DNA of 32,000 nucleotides from Mycoplasma mobile 163K (GTDB taxonomy: Bacteria > Bacillota_I > Bacilli_A > Mycoplasmatales > Metamycoplasmataceae), in NCBI RefSeq assembly GCF_000008365.1, contig NC_006908.1, positions 720,001 to 752,000 of the forward strand, read 5' to 3'. Below, in pieces: positions 28,869 through 32,000 of this stretch; within the stretch, counting starts at the first letter, position 1, and each line of letters begins with the position of its first letter. A program made the position numbers and the translations under genes. The notes beneath the pieces were generated by a model, which was not told the DNA's origin, did no database searches, and was given only the letters and a program-made list of their open reading frames with translations.

Positions 28869-30245
28869 TTAAACAGGAAATCCTGTAATTTCAATAATTT
28901 TACTAATTGTTCTTCCGTTTTTAGAACCTATTAACTCAATTCTGAAATTTCCTAGACCAAAATGAACACTTCCATCTACATATCTCAATGAGAATTGAAC
29001 TCCATTTTTGCTTTGTGGAATATTAACAAGGCTTGTAGCATTTCCTGATAAAACAGCAGTTTGTCAAGCAAGATTATTTGCAAGAGATGTTTTTTCTAAA
29101 CTTGAAATTGAGTTTAATTCATTTTGAATATCTCTATCTGCTGCAATATTAATTTGTTCTTGAACTTCTTCTGGACTAAGAGCTCTAAACCCATTTACAA
29201 TAATTGTTTTTCCTTGATTTAAATCACCAATAGAACCTACAAGAGTTACAACAACAAATCCATTTGTATCGCTACCGCTAGCTGTTTCACTAATTTTTAT
29301 AGAAAAACTTACACCATTAGAAGAAACTGGCACTTTGATAAAATCTGTAATATTTTGATTATTTACTTGTGAAGGTAAAGTATTTTTTGCAACTTCAAAA
29401 ATTTCTAAAGTATTAATTTTTTCAAGTTCACTTCTTAAAATGTTTTTTTGTTGTTCTTTTAATAATTGAGCTCTTTCTTGCTCTGTTTGGAATCCATCAA
29501 TAGTAATTTCTTTTTGAACAATAACATTTCCAATAGAACTAGTTACAATAATTACTAATTCTCCAGTAACATCATTTGCTCCATTTGGTTTTAAAGATAC
29601 TTCAAAATCTACACCATTAGAAGAAACTGGCACTTTGATAAAATCTGTAATATTTTGATTAGTTACTTCTGAAGGTAAAGTGTTTTTTGCAACTTCAAAA
29701 ATTTCTAAAGTATTAATTTTTTCAAGTTCACTTTTTAAAATGTTTTCTTGTTGTTCTTTAAGTAATTGGGCTCTTTCTTGCTCTGTTTGGAATCCATCAA
29801 TAGTAATTTCTTTTTGAACAATAACATTTCCAATAGAACTAGTTACAATAATTACTAATTCTCCGGTAACATCATTTGCTCCATTTGGCTTTAAAGATAC
29901 TTCAAAATCTACACCATTTACATTATTAATTTGAATAAAATCTTTAAGGTTAGTTTCATTTACTTCAGATGGTAAAGTATTAGGAAACTTATCTACATTA
30001 AGTATGATGTTATTAGGTAAATTAGTTGTACCAACAACTATAGTGCTTGGAATATTTTCTAGTTCTTTTTCTATTTGTTCTTTAATTTGTTGTTCAGTTG
30101 GATTAATAGGATTAACAGGCCCAACAGGATTAACAGGTCCTACTTCTTTAGTATTTTGGTTTGCTACAACACTAAGTGGAACTATAACAACTGTACTTGC
30201 TAAAGCTCCTGCTGTTACTCCTAAAAATAAATTTGCTTTTTTCAT
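28869..30245 (-). CDS. Modular surface protein, three-module member (E + E + S + C-terminal module)
   Basis: ATG at 30245 after AGAAGGTG. Track ORF 29064-30245 shows two near-identical E modules then an S module. TGA at 29066 is read through to TAA at 28871-28869 (…NGVQFSLRYVDGSVHFGLGNFRIELIGSKNGRTISKIIEITGFPV). 458 aa. Confidence 0.8.
29311..29918. repeat. Intragenic tandem repeat, period 300 nt, about 2 copies, near-identical
   Basis: 29311-29618 matches 29611-29918 at offset 300 with only scattered substitutions, for example ACACCATTAGAAGAAACTGGCACTTTGATAAAATCTGTAATATTTTGATTA in both copies. Confidence 0.9.
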
Positions 30246-30268
30246 AATATTACACCTTCTCTAATATA

Positions 30269-30277
30269 ATTATAGCA
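30269..30277 (-). promoter_or_regulatory. Extended -10 (TGCTATAAT on minus strand) of the three-module surface gene
   Basis: Plus-strand ATTATAGCA at 30269-30277, 24 nt upstream of the ATG at 30245. Confidence 0.45.
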
Positions 30278-30567
30278 TTACTAAAAATTTTTTATGATTT
30301 AAAATTAGTTCTTGTTTGTTTTTAAAAATATAATATAACTTTTAAAAAACTTAGAAAATTTGATATTAATGTTTAATTTATAGTTTGTCTTGCATGTATT
30401 TTTTCACAACAAAAACAATTAAAGTTTTTAAAAAATAGATAGCAAATTTCATCTAATTAAAATGTTAATTCATCTTAATCTTATTTTGAATCAACTCAAA
30501 TTTTAAATTTAGAGAATTAGAGAAAAAGGGACTAAAAGAATTCAAAAAAATATATAAAATTATAATT

Positions 30568-32000
30568 ATGAATCTTGAAGAAAAATATGAAAATAAAACA
30601 AAAGAAAAATTTCAAACAAAGAAAATTCAAATAAATGTACATTCTGAGGAAGAATATTTAAAAAAGCAAAAAGAATTTCTTGAAGAATTGGAACTTAATT
30701 GAGAAAAATTTGAAAAAGAGAACAAATTTCAATTTGATTATGACAACAAATATAAAGAAAAAATGAAAGATGAAAAATTAGGTTTTTATGAATTTGAGCT
30801 TAGTTTTAAAAGATCTCCATTGACAATTATTCATGCACCTTGAGGAACCGGAAAAACTTATTTTTTAGATTCTCTTGTAAAAAATTTTGTAGACAAAAAA
30901 TTCGAAAATACAAAAATTGAAAGAATAATTTTTATCGATTTATGAAAATATTCTTATAGTGAATCTATAGATTTAGATATTTCTAAGTCTTTTTACAAAA
31001 ATGCTCCAATGTCTAGAAGAAAATTTAGGCAAAATGCCACAAAAGGGTTAGGATACGTTTCAAAATTCATTAATAATGCCTTGAATATTGTTGAAGCCAC
31101 ACCTGGTATTCCTAAACTAAACGGATTAAGTCAAGTACTAGATTTTAGTAAAATAGGTGATTATTTTTTGAAAGAAAAAGTTGTAAAACTTTTTTCTGTT
31201 GATGAAACAAGAAAATTAGTGATTCTTGACAATATTGAAAGACTAGGAGAAAATATTTGAGAAATATTTAAATTTATTTTTGAATTGCAAAGTTTAGAAA
31301 ATAATATTTATCTATTACCAATGAATAAACAGTTTTTAATACACAAAAAAAATGAAAGTGGTGGAGAATATCAAATTCAAAAATTCATTGATATTTCTCC
31401 TTTTGAATTTAAACAAAACTATTTGGGTATTTTAACAAAATTTTTTCAAAGAGAAGGTAAACATTTTGAACATCTTAAAAATGACTTAAATAAGATATTA
31501 GAAATGGAAATAGAAGGACAAAAATTATCTATTAGAGAATTGGAACAAAATTTAAATTTAAACAAAGATTTATTGTTTAAGCAAGAAAGTAGATATAAAT
31601 TTCTAAAAGCTTTTAACGAAACTATTTGAAATAATTGAAATTGGTTAAAAAAAATAATAAAAGAAGATTTTGAATTCATTTTAAAAAATGAATTGGATTG
31701 AGCAAACAAAGTAGCTACAGTTAAAAATGAATACTTTTTAAATGATTTTTTTGTTTTTAATGATCACAATGATTTTTTTGCAAATTCATTTAATCGTTAT
31801 TGTTTTGCAAATTCAAAAAATAATTTTTACAAAAAATTAGAAAAAGATATTTGTTCGCTTGACAATCTTAGATCTAATAATTTCAATGAAGGGTTCAAAA
31901 AACTAGGAGAAATTTTAAATTCATATTTAGAACTATCAAATGAACAAGAAATTTCTATAAATGATTTTTTAGAAAGTAAATGAAATGAAAATTTTAAATA
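30568..32000 (+). CDS. KAP-like P-loop NTPase, 3'-truncated by the window end
   Basis: ATG at 30568. Track ORFs 31009 and 31285 share its frame across TGA codons. Walker A ...LTIIHAPWGTGKTYFLDSL (KAP-type WGxGKT). Walker B-like ...RKLVILDNIERLGENIW. The rest is Lys/Asn/Glu-rich and helical. Still open at 32000. Confidence 0.6.

Noticed and set aside
26365-30245. Calling the modular surface proteins lipoproteins
   Set aside because: None of the three N-terminal hydrophobic regions contains a Cys or lipobox (…VPVSIVATK, …VPASIAATK, …VPLSVVANQ). They are better described as signal-anchored or secreted proteins.
26957-30264. Plus-strand ORFs 26957-27151, 28221-28535 and 30004-30264 with GPTGPT-like repeats
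   Set aside because: They are mirror images of the Pro-rich linker and signal-anchor region of the three minus-strand surface genes. They recur only because the sense genes are paralogs.
31446-31709. Minus-strand ORF 31446-31709
   Set aside because: It lies antisense to the KAP-like NTPase frame, which is continuous across three track ORFs.

Overview
Very AT-rich chromosomal window from a Mollicutes-type bacterium (Mesoplasma/Entomoplasma/Mycoplasma-like) that reads TGA as Trp (translation table 4). Most conserved genes are split in the supplied standard-code ORF track and rejoin in frame across TGA codons, so I re-derived gene boundaries by hand. Housekeeping content: the 5' end of a 2-oxo acid dehydrogenase E2 gene, pdhB and pdhA; a YaaA-like gene; two tandem SemiSWEET/PQ-loop genes; a DJ-1/PfpI gene; a CoA salvage operon (coaBC, coaX, ECF S component); a LicA-like choline kinase; tRNA-Trp(CCA); ychF; and a PTS fructose EIIABC gene. 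Accessory or lineage-specific content: (i) three tandem paralogous membrane proteins sharing an LGLxLGxxFxIGFxFQFIA helix; (ii) a tightly coupled five-gene operon at 11339-16430 encoding a GTP cyclohydrolase II fusion protein, a 523-aa orphan, two GT-A glycosyltransferases and a truncated nucleotide-sugar dehydrogenase, which is my best candidate for an undescribed system; (iii) two PEBP/YbhB-like double-domain lipoproteins, one frameshifted, interleaved with a Trp-rich WDWQWSNF protein family plus a gene remnant; (iv) a decayed gene-poor stretch with a small excisionase-like HTH ORF; (v) three tandem surface-anchored proteins built from 1, 2 and 3 near-identical modules plus a shared C-terminal module; (vi) a KAP-like P-loop NTPase running off the window end. 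I saw no rRNA, CRISPR array or intact IS element. All calls rest on manual translation and motif recognition. No database search was run.
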